A stretch of 64,000 nucleotides of DNA from Octopus bimaculoides. Lineage: Eukaryota. The stretch spans positions 130,944,842 through 131,008,841 of the forward strand of contig NC_068984.1 of NCBI RefSeq assembly GCF_001194135.2, written 5' to 3'. The notes below the pieces were generated by a model. That model was given only the letters and a program-made list of their open reading frames with translations, did no database searches and was not told where the DNA came from. A program made the position numbers and the translations under genes. Within the stretch, counting starts at the first letter, position 1. Each line of letters starts with the position of its first letter. This document shows, one piece after another, positions 40,294 to 53,535 of this stretch.

Positions 40294-40456
40294 GGGCAGT
40301 CAGTCAGGGAAAGAACAGTATGTGGTACCACCCAACACGCCAGCAGTCCAAACCTTTGCATCCCAGCTCACCGAAGACAATGAAGATTTTGCCAGTCGCA
40401 ACCGCTATCACCAGTCAGAGGTAGTGAAGGGAGAAAACTTCGACGACTACAACTGA
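40294..40456 (+). CDS. SLC12A8: SLC12A8 terminal coding exon (GSQSGKEQYVVPPNTPAVQTFASQLTEDNEDFASRNRYHQSEVVKGENFDDYN*)
   Basis: ttttcacag acceptor, phase 2, TGA at 40454-40456; QLTxxNxDFAxRxRYH motif of the SLC12A8 C-terminus. Confidence 0.93.
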
Positions 40457-41150
40457 AACAGCATGTTGGGGGTCAGTGGCATTGATGGACAGTGGCTGAG
40501 GTGTAAGATAGCTCAGTGACACCAGTGATACAATGATATGTTGTGTCACTATTGTCAACCTCCTCACCACAACTTCACCACGACCTGACACATACACATA
40601 CACAAACAACTTTGTGTCTGTATGCATGTACAAATAACTGTGTATGTGTGTGTGAGAGAGAATTGAAGTATATGTGTCTGTTTGATAAAACTTAAATCTG
40701 GAACAATATGGAGAGAAGACTCATTGCGACACCCCTTTGATGTATTCAACAATCAATGATCTAACGAGGGTGGCTATGTAGTCGTTTGACCTGATAGAAA
40801 TAGCTGCTAAATCTCCCTCCCTCAAATCACTCTCCATCATCTTAAAAAGGAAAGGACACATATTAGATAAAGCCATCCTAGTTACCCTCCAAAAGATGGG
40901 ATGGTCATAGCTGAATGGTCATGCCTTTCATCGTAGGTCTACTCAATCAGAGTTGATCTGGAGCTAAACAATCAACTCCTCTTGCTGTTTTTTTTCATTC
41001 CACCACATGTGATATATATTTTGCTCCATGTTTGTCAAACTTGTCCTCTATCCATTCATGAGATATCATCATTCTTTGCTTGTGCAGTTGGTCGTTCAAG
41101 AATATGTTATCATATCAAAACATGGTTCATATTTGAAACCCAAACAATGT

Positions 41151-41220
<70 letters not shown>

Positions 41221-44200
41221 ACACGTGTGTGTGTGTGTGTGTGCATGCATGTGTGTGTATATGTAGGGAGAGAGAGACTGAGATAGCTGCACACAATATT
41301 TTATACATGTCCACATATATCTATATGTACATATCTATGTATATATTTGTATAAGGGTGTGAGAGTATATGTATATGTGACTGGTGTATGTATTATATAT
41401 ATATATGTGTATATACTATACAGTATGTATAGCTGAATGGCTAGAATATTGGACAAAACACTTTGCAGTATTTGGTTATGTTAAGTGTTCAAATCCTGCC
41501 CAGGTTTACTTTACCTTTCATTCACTTGAGGTTGATAAAATAAGTACTAATCATGTACTTGGTGCATAAAATCAGCTATGCTCCAGCATGGCTAAAGTCC
41601 AATGATTGAAACCAGTAAAAGAATATATAATACTACAAAATATAGATAGGTGTGCATGTAGGTGAAAGCTTATATGTATGTATTCAGCTGCCAAAGATAA
41701 TATTTGTCTCATGGATACTCTTTACTTAAATCTCAGATTTTATATTTGTTATAAAGAAAAAAAATGAATTAACACTCACCCCTATCTCTGCCAACATTAA
41801 ATTATACTGATGTAAACTAGGTAATAATATCATCATCCTTATGTGTGTAGCCTTCTGGCTTGCCAGTCCTCAGTCAAATCGTCCAACTCATGCTAGCATG
41901 GAAAGCGGACGTTAAACGACGATGATGATATATATATATATATATATGTATGGAAATATGTATGCATGCATGCAAGTATATATGTATGTATATATGTAGA
42001 GATAGATAGATAGATAGATAGATAGACAGATATTAAGTTTGGAGATGCAAACAGGAAAATAGAACTTAAAACATGAATATATATATATATATATATTTGT
42101 TATTGATAATTGGCAGAAGTAAGGTAGTGAGCTGGCAGAATCATTAGCATGCCGGGCAAAATGCATAGCGGCATTTTATCCGTCTTTACATTCTGGGTTC
42201 AAATTCTACTGAGGTTGACTTTGCAGTTCATCCTTTCGAGTTCGATAAAATAAGTACCAGTTGAGTACTGGAGTCGATGTAATCGACTGATCCCCTCCCC
42301 CGAAATTACTGGCCTTGTGCCAGAATTTGAAATTAATAATTGGCTTAAGTTACAGAGTAAACTCTAGAGCCAAGAGTTTCTTGTATTGATACTTATCAAC
42401 AAAGTTTGATAAGTTCCAATGTATGAAACTCTTGGCCCTTGAGTCACTCCGTAACACCTGTTAATTATTAACAGTGTATGTGTGTGATAGGAATAATGAA
42501 AAGGGTGTGGATGCTTAATATTTCAGTATTTCAGTCAGTCCTGTCATCCTGAATCTATAGATTATGGATAAATGGATGTGATATTTTGCCTGTAATTCAT
42601 AATTATAGATACAGTCTATATTGATCATATCATTTATGTTTATTGTTATTATTTTAGCATATTTCCGAGTTTCGCGTCTAATTCAGACATATTGGCTGTC
42701 ATTAGTTATCTCCCCTGTTGTCAAAATCTGGCCTTTTTTTTGTTTTTTTTCATCTAAAAAAAATGTTAAGAATTATCTCCCTTTTTGTCTTACTCCAACA
42801 TATTGTTATCTCTCCTTCTCATCGAGAGACGTTATTGTTGCTAGTTATCTCCCTTGCTGACTAACTGCAGATATTCACCGACTGTTTATTTCCCGACACT
42901 CTCTTCACTCAAAACTCATGCTGATGTTAGTGGACAGATAAATGATTAACGTCATGTGCAACATAAACGATATTACACTATATTATTTCCTTCCCAGATA
43001 TCTTTCTCAAGATCAGATATACATTAAGTTGATTCCGTCCGTTGAATGATTTTTTTCATGTCACAAGGGACAACTTGAACTGATAACAATGCCATACCAA
43101 AACCTATGATCGTCCAAAATATTAACTTATTTAAGAGATATTCAAATTCAGTCAAGACTCTGTGACGTGTGCAATTCTCTTGTTTTTCTGAATAATGTTA
43201 TGGAATCAGAAGATATTTATTTTCTAGCAAGACAAGCATTTAACTTTTTTTTGGCATTTTCCAGATCGCTAATTAATTACTTGGGATGAGAAAAGTTTCA
43301 TGATATATCAGAAAGCTGAGGTCTCTTTTTCCAAGCTGGCATGAATTAGACGAATGTATATTGATGGAGCACTGTTTTACAGCTGAATACTCTTCCCTTT
43401 GCTAATCCTCAATTAATTTAAAAATAAGATTATAGTATTTCAATTACAAGATCATCTGTTGAGGTGCTTGGGTACCAGATCATTAGGGCATTTTAATTCA
43501 ACCATTTATTATGAAACTAAGCAAGATTAATTCATAATTACTAAAGACAAAAAGAGAATAAACTCAAATGGGTAAATAGCAAGAATTTAAATAATTCAGG
43601 TAATTTTAGTGAAAATTAAATTTTCATGCTGAGGACATATATGATCTTAATTAGCAGCCAAGAGGACAGTCTAATTAGACCTCAATGAAGCCCAAGGTTT
43701 TTTTTCAGGCTAGCTATGATCAGAACATTCACTATTGAGGTTTTAAAGATAGAAACCTATCTATAGTTGTTACTTTGTTAAGATCAAATGTTTTTTTGTT
43801 TTTTTTTCATTATGGCATGAATCACAATTTTATGAAAAATTGGTTTTAAAATTATTTCCCCTCCTCTTTCAGAAGTATTAAGAGAGTTACCTCTGTGTTT
43901 TTGTTTCCTTTCTCCACAAATATTTCAAACTTCTTTTCATATGGCATTCAGTACATCACTACATACCTATTATACTTATAAGTTAGTTGGTTGAAACATC
44001 TCACAAGCAATGTCTTCTTACCATTGGTAGCTTAACCAGCTTAACTGATAGCAATCAGTTGATTCAGGTATTCAATACCTTTCACTAGCAATTTATTATT
44101 ATTATTTTTTTTATTTTACTTTACTATCTAGGACAAAAGAATCTAGAATCCCGGTCTTTAGCAGTGTGGTAGTACTGATAACTATATAACTGATATTTAT

Positions 44201-45816
44201 AATCTCGTTTGTTTCCTTTTTATGTCTATTTTTTCCATACAAACATGGGTTAGATGAATGCATTATTGAGACGTTGTTTTATAGCAAGATACCCCTGCCG
44301 TCACTAACCCTCACCCGTTTTTCAAATAAGTGATCTACTTCACACATTTTTGAAGGTCCAAAGTTAGCAGGTGATTTGTTAATGGAAGTGATGACCACAC
44401 CACAGCAAATGACTTTCATAGACCCCAAACATAAACATACACACAAAGATATGCACACACCATCATCATGATGGGCTGCTTTCATTTCTGTCCACCAGAT
44501 TCACTCACAAGTCTGGTGGGCCAATAGTTATAGTAGAAGACAGTTGTTCAGAATGCCATGCAGCAGAACTGAACCTAAAACCATGTGGTAAGAAAGCAAA
44601 CTCCTTAACCACACACACACACATTATTTGCTTACACTTCTAAAGTATAATCTCTATATTTAAAGCACACAAAACCACAATGTCTCATTAATACTTTCAA
44701 ATATAGTTCAAAGTAAATTTCTTTGAAAAAAAAAAACGAAAAAAAAACATCACTAAGCAGTCTTTTGGCCTGAATTGTTTAAAAACTTACAATAGAATCA
44801 CAGAACATGACAGAAACTAATTGCTTAGGACTGGAAACTATCTGAAGAGTCAAGAGTGTTTTAACCAAACTATTTTTGAGATGTGAAATGTTGTGATGAA
44901 AAATAGCATTACAATTTAGTAGTGTATTGTCTTCGAGAGATTTTAAATATATTTTAAAAATAACCTCTAAAAGGGCTGTACATTCTATAACCTTTTTCTT
45001 TTCTTTTGCTCGTGACATTACCATAAACACATCTAAATATCTCTCTGATGACTCTGTGTTTGCGAGAGTAAGGTGCTGGACTACTACTTACTAAGGTCAC
45101 AAATTCAAACTTACACAAGATGTTGCTTCAGTCTGTCAAGCTGATATCAGGGCCAACATCTAACTATAGAAAGACTTGCAGCAATAAGTCATATATGAAT
45201 TTCAACAACTGTTCCCCAATAGTAAAAAATAAATAAATAAATAACTATTGATTTTATTTTTTTAAAACCATCAAAATCAGTAATGCCCTCCGTAGAAATT
45301 GAACACAAACAAGAAGTGACCAATGAAAATATAAATCCAAAGACAACAGATTTCTATTTGAACACAAAGCATCATAAAAGTATCACAGCAATATGTCAAA
45401 CTTTGCCATAACCTTGTATGTACAAGTGTGTTTGCACATGTATCTGTTGGGTTCCACTATATCAAATCAACATTACAACCTTAGGGCCTGGTATTTTTTT
45501 CCTTCATTCAGACCGCTGTTTAGGTGTTAGCACATGAAAGTGCTCCAGGTATAAAAACCAAATAAAAATTAGTTAAAAGATTATAGTTGTGACTCCCCCA
45601 AAACGTGTGTTTCTGTGTTCTTTTCAGTTATTTGTTGAATTGTTATCGCAAGAAAATCATGTAAATATGAAAATGTGCAATTTAAAATTACAAATGGTGA
45701 ATGTATGTTTAAATTTTGTCATGTTCCAGTCATCAGAGAGAACAAGAGATGCCTGGTTTTGTTCTGCTTTGATATTTAAAACAAACTCAGATATTATATG
45801 GTCTCTAAAACAAGAT

Positions 45817-45822
45817 TTTATT
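45817..45822 (-). terminator. Candidate polyadenylation signal AATAAA of the MIC26/27 gene
   Basis: TTTATT on +, about 125 nt past the stop codon; other AATAAA sites occur further downstream, so usage is unproven. Confidence 0.4.
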
Positions 45823-45946
45823 AAATTCCATCATATCAATTCACATTATATATTTATATACAGAGAGGGTTGTATTCTCAGTTTTCTAGTTTAAGACAAT
45901 TTGTGGAAAATAAATATTAAATGTAGATAATTACAAAATGTCTTGG

Positions 45947-46048
45947 TTAACCTCGAGTTGTGTACAAGTCTTTATCTTCTTCTGAACTTTGTCCAAAATC
46001 TTTCTCAACCGGTTTAATTTTTGCAGAATCTGTCTTGGTGAGGTTGAC
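45947..46048 (-). CDS. APOOL: MIC26/27 terminal exon (VNLTKTDSAKIKPVEKDFGQSSEEDKDLYTTRG*)
   Basis: caacatcag acceptor, TAA at 45949-45947; C-terminal DxGQSxxEDxD[LM]YxTR motif typical of MIC27. Confidence 0.9.
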   Translation of the reverse strand, partial: VNLTKTDSAKIKPVEKDFGQSSEEDKDLYTTRG

Positions 46049-46964
46049 CTGATGTTGAATAAAACAAACATAACTTCACAAATAATAAAACACTTTCTTT
46101 ACAATCATTCAAATCTTACATGTATTTCACAGACAAGGCATGGCAGTCATGCAGTGGATAAAAACGTAACATCTGTTTTGCATGTTTAGTTCTCGTGTGC
46201 AATTCCTTGTGGTCAAACAACAAAGCCACGTGGTGGGGAATGCCTTTCTGATGACCTTGACAGAAAGGGAGCTCTTTCTACACCAACAATTAATAAGAAC
46301 TAATGACAGGTTTGACCCGGATAATAGGACTCTGGTCCAAGATTTCCCATTCATTTTTTTCACAAATACTGAACATTATATCTGAATGAAGCATTCAATA
46401 CACAGTGGCAATGCCCTACACATTCCATTCATTTGTGTCTCAATGGTCCAACCCAATGAAGATCTGTTTGGCCATGGATACAGGGCTGGTGATGGGCTAA
46501 AAGCAAGTGACCCTCTTGGAATTGATAGCTTAAACTTGACTCTGAGAACATAGATAACAGTTACATCTAGGACACAAAACCAACCTTTTAAAAGACTAAA
46601 AACAGTAAAAAATGTATTAAAAAAACTGCTGGAATAAAACTCAGAAGTGTGCAATACTTCATCATAAAATAACTGAAGTTACAATATAATCACAAGCACA
46701 CAAGTTTCAGTCATAAGGAATGAAATAGTATGAATTTTGCTGACTGCAAAACATAAACTTCTATTGCATTTATGCATCACAGAAATTAAATCAACAATTG
46801 AAGAAGTTAAAGTTGCTTTTGGTGAGATCAAACAAATTATTAAATAAAGAGCTAGCAATAAGAGTGAAGGAAAGTGTTGTAAGGGTAGAGAACCCTTGTG
46901 TATAATTCTGTGACTGACAACAACTGCAAAATCTTATCAATGTTGCAGAGATGTGGTTCCTTAG

Positions 46965-47235
46965 ATGACAGCTGAAAATATCCTATATAGAGGGAGACAA
47001 ATGTCTAGGCCCTTAGATGAGCAGAAACCACTAGAAAGAGGCAACAGGCTAAGTTCATTGGACACCATGTAAGAAGACGGCCATGAACACTTGGTGACAA
47101 TTGGGAAACTGAAAAGAAGAGAGGGAAAACTGGGATAGAAGATATTTGATGGACTTGCTAAGCAGTGTATAGGATAGAAGAAAGTGGAGGTCTGTGGTTG
47201 GCAACACCTGTAGGCACATGAAGAAAAAAAAAATG
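46965..47235 (+). mobile_element. Decayed RTE-clade LINE 3' fragment
   Basis: Frameshifted similarity to the RTE ORF end (KFIGH...HLVTIGKL..R..G...DGL...WRSVV); A-rich end. Confidence 0.55.
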
Positions 47236-48001
47236 TTATGTAGGGCACCAGACTTTATAAAGATAAGGACTTTCATAAAGATAACAAGATAATTCAAAAT
47301 AATAATTAATATTACTAAGTAACATATCAGCACTGGCATTGTGCTGCACTCAAAAAGGCTCATGCACCATAGCAGAATTGATGCTGGTGCTGGTGCCATC
47401 ACAAAATGCACCCAGTACATTAAGTGGATAGCTGGCATTAGGAAGGGCATCAGGCTGTAGAAACCATGCCAGAACAGACAATGGAGGCTGGTGACCTTAC
47501 CAGCTTCAGTTAAACTGAGCAACCCGTGTCAGCAAGGAAAATGGATGTTCAATGATGATGATTTTCCATGCTTACCTGGGTTGGACAGAAGGTAATACTT
47601 TCTGCATGATCAGATATGATTTCACAAAAGATTGGAAACAAAGGACACCAGAGTGACACTCATTCACAGCTACCACGTTATGTCAATGCAATGAGAAACT
47701 TACACAACTACAACAGGCTTTCTTCAGTTTCCATCTACCAAATCCACTCATGATATTTTGGTTTGCCCAGGGTTGTAGTAGAAGATACTTGACATGGGGT
47801 ATTGCAGTGCCACAGAACTGAAATCAACTTCTGACTATGTGTAAACAACCATTTATATTGTTGATACTGCCCCTGTATTACTATGATCTTAGCCGAAGAT
47901 TACTTAGGCTAAGAACTTTATGCATAAACCTATCTGGAAGCTGGGGTATTTAAGAAAATGATTCCATGTAAACAAGCAAAGAATTTTAAAGGATGACTTA
48001 C

Positions 48002-48087
48002 CACAACATTTTTCCCGTTTGATTTCTGTGCAGGAGCTTTTTCTTCTTTCACTGCTGTTTCTTTGACAGGTTCAGGTGGAGATACAG
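48002..48087 (-). CDS. APOOL: MIC26/27 exon 7 (S-VSPPEPVKETAVKEEKAPAQKSNGKNVV), low-complexity linker
   Basis: gtccctgcag acceptor, gtaagt donor, 86 nt phase 1-0, in frame with both neighbours. Confidence 0.8.
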
Positions 48088-48671
48088 CTGCAGGGACAAC
48101 AAAGGAGATTTAAATCTATTTGAAACACAACCATTTCGACAGCTGTTGATGTTACACGATGCTAGGATATACAGAACCAACAATCAATAAGTGCAGAAGA
48201 ACTTGTAAAAGTTGCAGTTCTTATAGCACTCTGATTGAGTCCACCTGCAGTAGAGTTTATGGGCAGACAAAAAATAGACTGACCGTGGAAAGAGGGCAAT
48301 ATAGCCAGGTGGTCATATTGTATTCCATACAATTGATCAATGCATATTGAACAGTAAGGACCTTGGTTAGGCAGAGACAAAGTATAAGTATAAGATAAAT
48401 CTGTGGGTCACACTTTGTTTTTTAGTGAACAACTTGTATACTGCAGGGTTACTCTGAGTTTCCAACAGTAGCAGCTGCTCTACTTGAATAATGTTAAACA
48501 AACACACCAACACATGTATGCTTGCACACACACATATATATACACATGACAGTCTTCTTTCAGTTTCTGTTTAACACATGAGTCTTTTCATTGTTCTACT
48601 TAAGAGTTAATTAATTTAGACAACAGCCAATAATATATTCAGTACGGTTAAGATTGCAAAGTTATACATAC

Positions 48672-48827
48672 ATGGTGGTGCCGTTAAGAATTTCCACAGT
48701 TTGCAGCTTTGAGAAACAACTCCATCATATGCAGAATAGGTGACATTAGCTGCCTGTTTTGGGTAGCAGAGTGAGGCTGCAGACACTATGGCTATGGAAC
48801 TGTATGCCACTTTCTTCATTCTACCTC
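48672..48827 (-). CDS. APOOL: MIC26/27 exon 6 (G-GRMKKVAYSSIAIVSAASLCYPKQAANVTYSAYDGVVSQSCKLWKFLTAPP)
   Basis: taattttcag acceptor, gtatgt donor, 156 nt phase 1-1; KKxxY...ASxCYP motif. Confidence 0.9.
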
Positions 48828-50632
48828 CTGAAAATTAAAGAAAAAAACCACTAAGAGTTTAAAGTAGAAAGATTTTAAAAAACATGTGTTAACACTAAGC
48901 AGTGATGTATATAAATACAAACTTGTTACCAGTTCAAATATGCTTGTGGCATATTCAGACCTGTAAGAAAGCCATTCACTGTTTCGTCATGGAAAAAATT
49001 TCTTGCTGAACACAAATTGGTGTAAATACACCAAACCAGCTCATAGCACCACCTAACCAGATTGTGGTATGAAAGATGCCTCCAGCACATTTGAAATGGT
49101 AATGAGTTGTGTATTTATAAAGACTTTTTAAATATATGATTTTTAAATAGTTTAATCAGAGGAGGAATGGCAATGCCATTGGTCTTTTTCAGTCACCTTG
49201 TTTCTTCACTCTTTACTTCTGTAGAGTCTTAGCACTGCATTTTGATGAAACCATCAACTTTAAACTGTTTCCATCATCATTTAACGTCCACTTTCCATGC
49301 TGGCATGGGTTGGACGGTTTGACTGAGAACTGGCAAGCCAGGAGGTTGCACCAGACACCAATCTGATCTGGCAAGGTTTCTACAGCTTGATGCCTGAGAG
49401 TGTAGTGGTTGCTTTTTACGTGCCACCAGCACAGGAACCAGTCAGGTGGCACTGGCATCGACCATGCTTGCATGGTGCTTTTTACATGCCACCAGCATGG
49501 GAGCCAGTCAGGTGCACTAGCATCGACCATGCTCGTATGGTGCTTTTTATGTGCCACTGACATGTGAGTAATGAAAAAGTACAGTGTTGAAAACAGACTT
49601 GGTTGAAAATGATCCAAAGAGTCTTGGAAAAAGATAACGATTAACGAACAATATTATCATTTAACGCCTACTTTTCCATACTTGCATGGATCAGACAGAA
49701 CTTGTTAAAGCAGATTTTTCTATGACTGGTTGTCCTTCCTCTCGTCAAGCTTCACCTGTTTCCAAGCAAGGTAATATTTTCTCATGGTCAGACATTTTTC
49801 TTTACAGAAGACTGGAAATGAAGAACATCACTTATATGATTGATGTTCTTTTGCAACCATGATGTCAATACAAGGGTACACACACACAGGTATGGTGATG
49901 TGAACAGGAAAAAGAGATCTCAAAATATGACTTGTTTCTGCTAGATGTAGAAACCATGCCAAATCAGACAGGAACCTGGTGCAGTTCTCCGGCTTACCAG
50001 TTCCAATCAAACTACCTAATCCATGAAAGGATGAAAGGCAAAGTCGACTTTAGCGGAATTTGAACCTAATCCATGCCAGCATGGAAAGCGGATGTTAAAT
50101 GATGATGATGATGACATTCTTTCAGTTTCCATCTTCCAAATTCACTCACAAGGACTTGGTTGGCCTGGGGCAAGAGTAGAAGACGCCAGCCAAAGGTATT
50201 GTGCAATGGGACTGAACCTGAGACCACATGGTTGGGAAGCAAGCTTCTTAACCACACATCCACACTTGTACCTAGAATGAAAAACTTACAGACATGGAAA
50301 GAAATTTCCGATAGATGAAGGATGTTGTAGAGCGGTGAGGTGTGCCAGAGGGGACACTCTAAATCCACTCCCTGCCTGAAGGATGATGACTGTACAGCTA
50401 ACTACCGACTACACAGTCAGGTCTCTACCATGCAGCGAGGTGGACTGGGCTGTAGAAAGTATCTGGGCCTTGGACACAGTGCAGTGCTAGTGAGAAGACA
50501 TGAAATCCTTATATCATGGCTGATAAGTTGACCCTCTTCAAGAAATAACTCTCTCTGTAAATATTGTGAAATTATGAGAAATATATAACACTCAATAAAC
50601 ATAAACGAAGCAAAAAAAAAATTGGGGTTTAC

Positions 50633-50728
50633 CTCTGTAACCAGCTACAATGCCACCTAGACCAGCCACTGTGATTACTCCAGCTCGGGCCAGTACATTT
50701 GGATCATTTTGGATATAATCAATAAGAC
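50633..50728 (-). CDS. APOOL: MIC26/27 exon 5 (G-LIDYIQNDPNVLARAGVITVAGLGGIVAGYR-G), first TM segment
   Basis: ccattacag acceptor, gtaaac donor, 96 nt phase 1-1; matches DYLxN...PRxGVIxxxGLxG. Confidence 0.92.
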
Positions 50729-50779
50729 CTGTAATGGAAATGACAATGCAGTTGTAAATGGATAGCCATCTATTTCAGT

Positions 50780-51400
50780 TCACACTTAACCTGTGTTTCT
50801 TCTCAACATTTCATATTCAACACACTCCACTCAACAATGCACACCTAACATGTCACACAAAACTTGTGTTTCCACTCAATATTACACACCTAAAACACCA
50901 CACTCAACCAGTTTCTACTCAAGATTACAATTCCAAAACGTCATACTCAATTAGTTTCTGCTCAACATTATACATCCAAAACACCATACTCAACTGGTTT
51001 CTTATTTCATTATTGCCCACAAGGGGCTAAACATAGAGGGGACAAACAAGGACAGACAGTGCGTAACTGGTACTTAATTTATCGACTCCGAAAGGATGAA
51101 AGGCAAAATTGACCTCGGCGAAATTTGAACTCAGAACGTAATGGTAGACGAAATACCACTAAGCATTTCTGCCAGCTTGCTGCCTTAATACTCAAGTAGT
51201 TTCTACTCAAGATTACAATTCCAAAATACCACACTCGACCAGTCTCCACTCAACATTATACATCTAAAACACCATACTCAACTAGTTTCTACTCAAGATT
51301 ACACTTCCAAAACACCACACTCAACATTACACGTCCAAAACACCAAACTCAGTCTATCTCCACTCAACATTACACACTCAACACACCACTCCTCCTTTCC
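50780..51400. repeat. Degenerate ~43-bp C/A-rich minisatellite interrupted by a family D SINE
   Basis: Recurring GTTTCTACTCAAGATTACAATTCCAAAAC...ACTCAAC units on both sides of 51000-51187. Confidence 0.7.
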
Positions 51401-52123
51401 CATTCAACATCCTATGCACAACAAGACCACTTCCATATTGCCTCAACAGCTTTCACAAACCACACACACTGACAGAAAAAAAACAAAAACTGGCATCCAT
51501 CAGTTATGGTGATGAGAGTTCCAGTTGATCCAATCAACAGAACAGCCTGCTCATGAAATTAACATAGAAGTGGTTGAGTACTCCACAGACATGCATAACC
51601 CCTTAATGAAGTCCTCAAAGAGATTCAGTGTGACACAGAATGTGATAAGGCTTGCCCTTTGAAATACAGGTTTTNNNNNNNNNNNNNNNNNNNNNNNNNN
51701 NNNNNNNNNNNNNNNNNNNNNNNNNNNNNNNNNNNNNNNNNNNNNNNNNNNNNNNNNNNNNNNNNNNNNNNNNNNNNNNNNNNNNNNNNNNNNNNNNNNN
51801 NNNNNNNNNNNNNNNNNNNNNNNNNNNNNNNNNNNNNNNNNNNNNNNNNNNNNNNNNNNNNNNNNNNNNNNNNNNNNNNNNNNNNNNNNNNNNNNNNNNN
51901 NNNNNNNNNNNNNNNNNNNNNNNNNNNNNNNNNNNNNNNNNNNNNNNNNNNNNNNNNNNNNNNNNNNNNNNNNNNNNNNNNNNNNNNNNNNNNNNNNNNN
52001 NNNNNNNNNNNNNNNNNNNNNNNNNNNNNNNNNNNNNNNNNNNNNCAAAAAGGGAAAAAGACAAAAAAACAACAACAAAAAACAACAACGTGAGGACGTG
52101 ATACAGATTGTGCTACTAGACGC

Positions 52124-52154
<31 letters not shown>

Positions 52155-52456
52155 GACATCTTTTCAGTTTTATGTCAACTAAATCCATTCACAAGGATTG
52201 GTCAGCCCAGGGCTAAAGCAGAAGACACTTGCCCAAAAGGGGCCACATAGTGGTACTGAAGCTGTAACCATGTGGATGGGAAGCAAACTTCTTACCACAC
52301 GGCCACACCTGGGCCTATGATGTTTATCTAAAAAAACACAAACGTCCTGATGCGTATCAGTTAAAAGTATGACTGTCTCAAGGTAAAACTAATTGAGGGG
52401 TTGAGTGTAGCATATTACTCATTGAAATTAAGGTCTGAGTGTAAGGTAATACTCAC

Positions 52457-52511
52457 CTAAAGTGTGGGCCTTGGAAACTTCCCATTTATATGACACTTTC
52501 TCTGAGAAATT
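52457..52511 (-). CDS. APOOL: MIC26/27 exon 4 (NFSEKVSYKWEVSKAHTL-G)
   Basis: ttatttacag acceptor, gtgagt donor, 55 nt phase 0-1; bridges exons 3 and 5 in frame. Size matches vertebrate APOO exon 4 as I recall it. Confidence 0.85.
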
Positions 52512-52769
52512 CTGTAAATAACAAAAAGGCTCTATGTTATTGTTGTTGCTGCTATTTAACTCCAGGTGAGTCAACATTATCATCATCATCTTCATTTAAC
52601 GTCCGTTTTCCATGCTAACATGGGTTGGACAGTTTGACTGAAAACTGGTAAGCTGGTAAGCAGCACCTGGTTCCAATCTGATTTGACATAGTTTCTACAG
52701 CATCGGTTGTCAAGCGATATTGGGGGTCACAAACACAGACACACACACTGGACTGGCTCTTGTACGGAT

Positions 52770-53012
52770 GGCACATAAAAGACACCATTTTCGAGCGTGG
52801 CCGTTGCCAGTATCGCCTGACTGGCCTTCGTGTGGGTGACACGTAAAAGCACCCACTACAGTCTCTGAGTGGTTGGCGTTAGGAAGGGCATCCAGCTGTA
52901 GAAACTCTGCCAAATCAGACTGGAGCCTGGTGTTGCCATCCGGTTTCACCAGTCCTCAGTCAAATCGTCCAACCCATGCTAGCATGGAATGCGGACGTTA
53001 AACGATGATGAT
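52770..53012 (+). mobile_element. Family A repeat in MIC26/27 intron 3
   Basis: Reverse complement of the 6061 copy; forms an inverted pair with 52575-52701. Confidence 0.75.
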
Positions 53013-53224
53013 ATATACGACGGGCTTCTTTCAGTTTCCGTCTACCAAATCCACTTACAAGGCTTTGGTCAGCCAATAATGTATTATCACGTAGCTTTGA
53101 GATTTCAATGATAAGATTGCTTATTTTTAGAATGTCATTGTAGGATAAGCATGAGAGGCAGGATCTTGTCAGTTTGAACATAAAACAGGTAGAATATTTT
53201 GGCTGGATATAGCTGAAGAGTTAC

Positions 53225-53444
53225 CCCTTTAGCATTCAGAATACTCCGTCAAATGCAGTGCTTATTTATTCACATTGTTTTGAATTAATCATGCATTATC
53301 TTGTAGCTTCGATATTTTGACCACGTCATGTTTTATTTTCAGAATGACATTGTAGGGTAGGTGTGATAGACAGGATCTGGTCAGTTTGAACATAAAGCAA
53401 GAAGAATATCTGGGCTGGATATGGTTGATCTAAATGCTAAAGAG
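53225..53444. mobile_element. piggyBac-like MITE, preceded by a truncated tandem copy (53077-53224)
   Basis: TIR CCCTTTAGCATT (11/12), TTAA on the right and TTAC on the left; internal ~130 bp repeated just upstream. Confidence 0.65.
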
Positions 53445-53535
53445 TTAACTTCACAACCACCGCATGCTTTAACGATGGAATTATTGATAACGGTGATGAC
53501 GAAGATGACAAAAGACAAAGAATCATCTTCCATAC

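Noticed and set aside
46240-46320. SECIS-like or hammerhead-like ATGA...AAA hairpin
   Set aside because: No GA/GA quartet geometry, a C.A mismatch where stem II must close, and no in-frame UGA selenoprotein nearby.
50433-50490. 58-nt exon-like segment HCTVSKAQILSTAQSTSLH considered as MIC26/27 exon 4
   Set aside because: It lies downstream of exon 5 and has a weak donor; the true 55-nt exon 4 is at 52457-52511.
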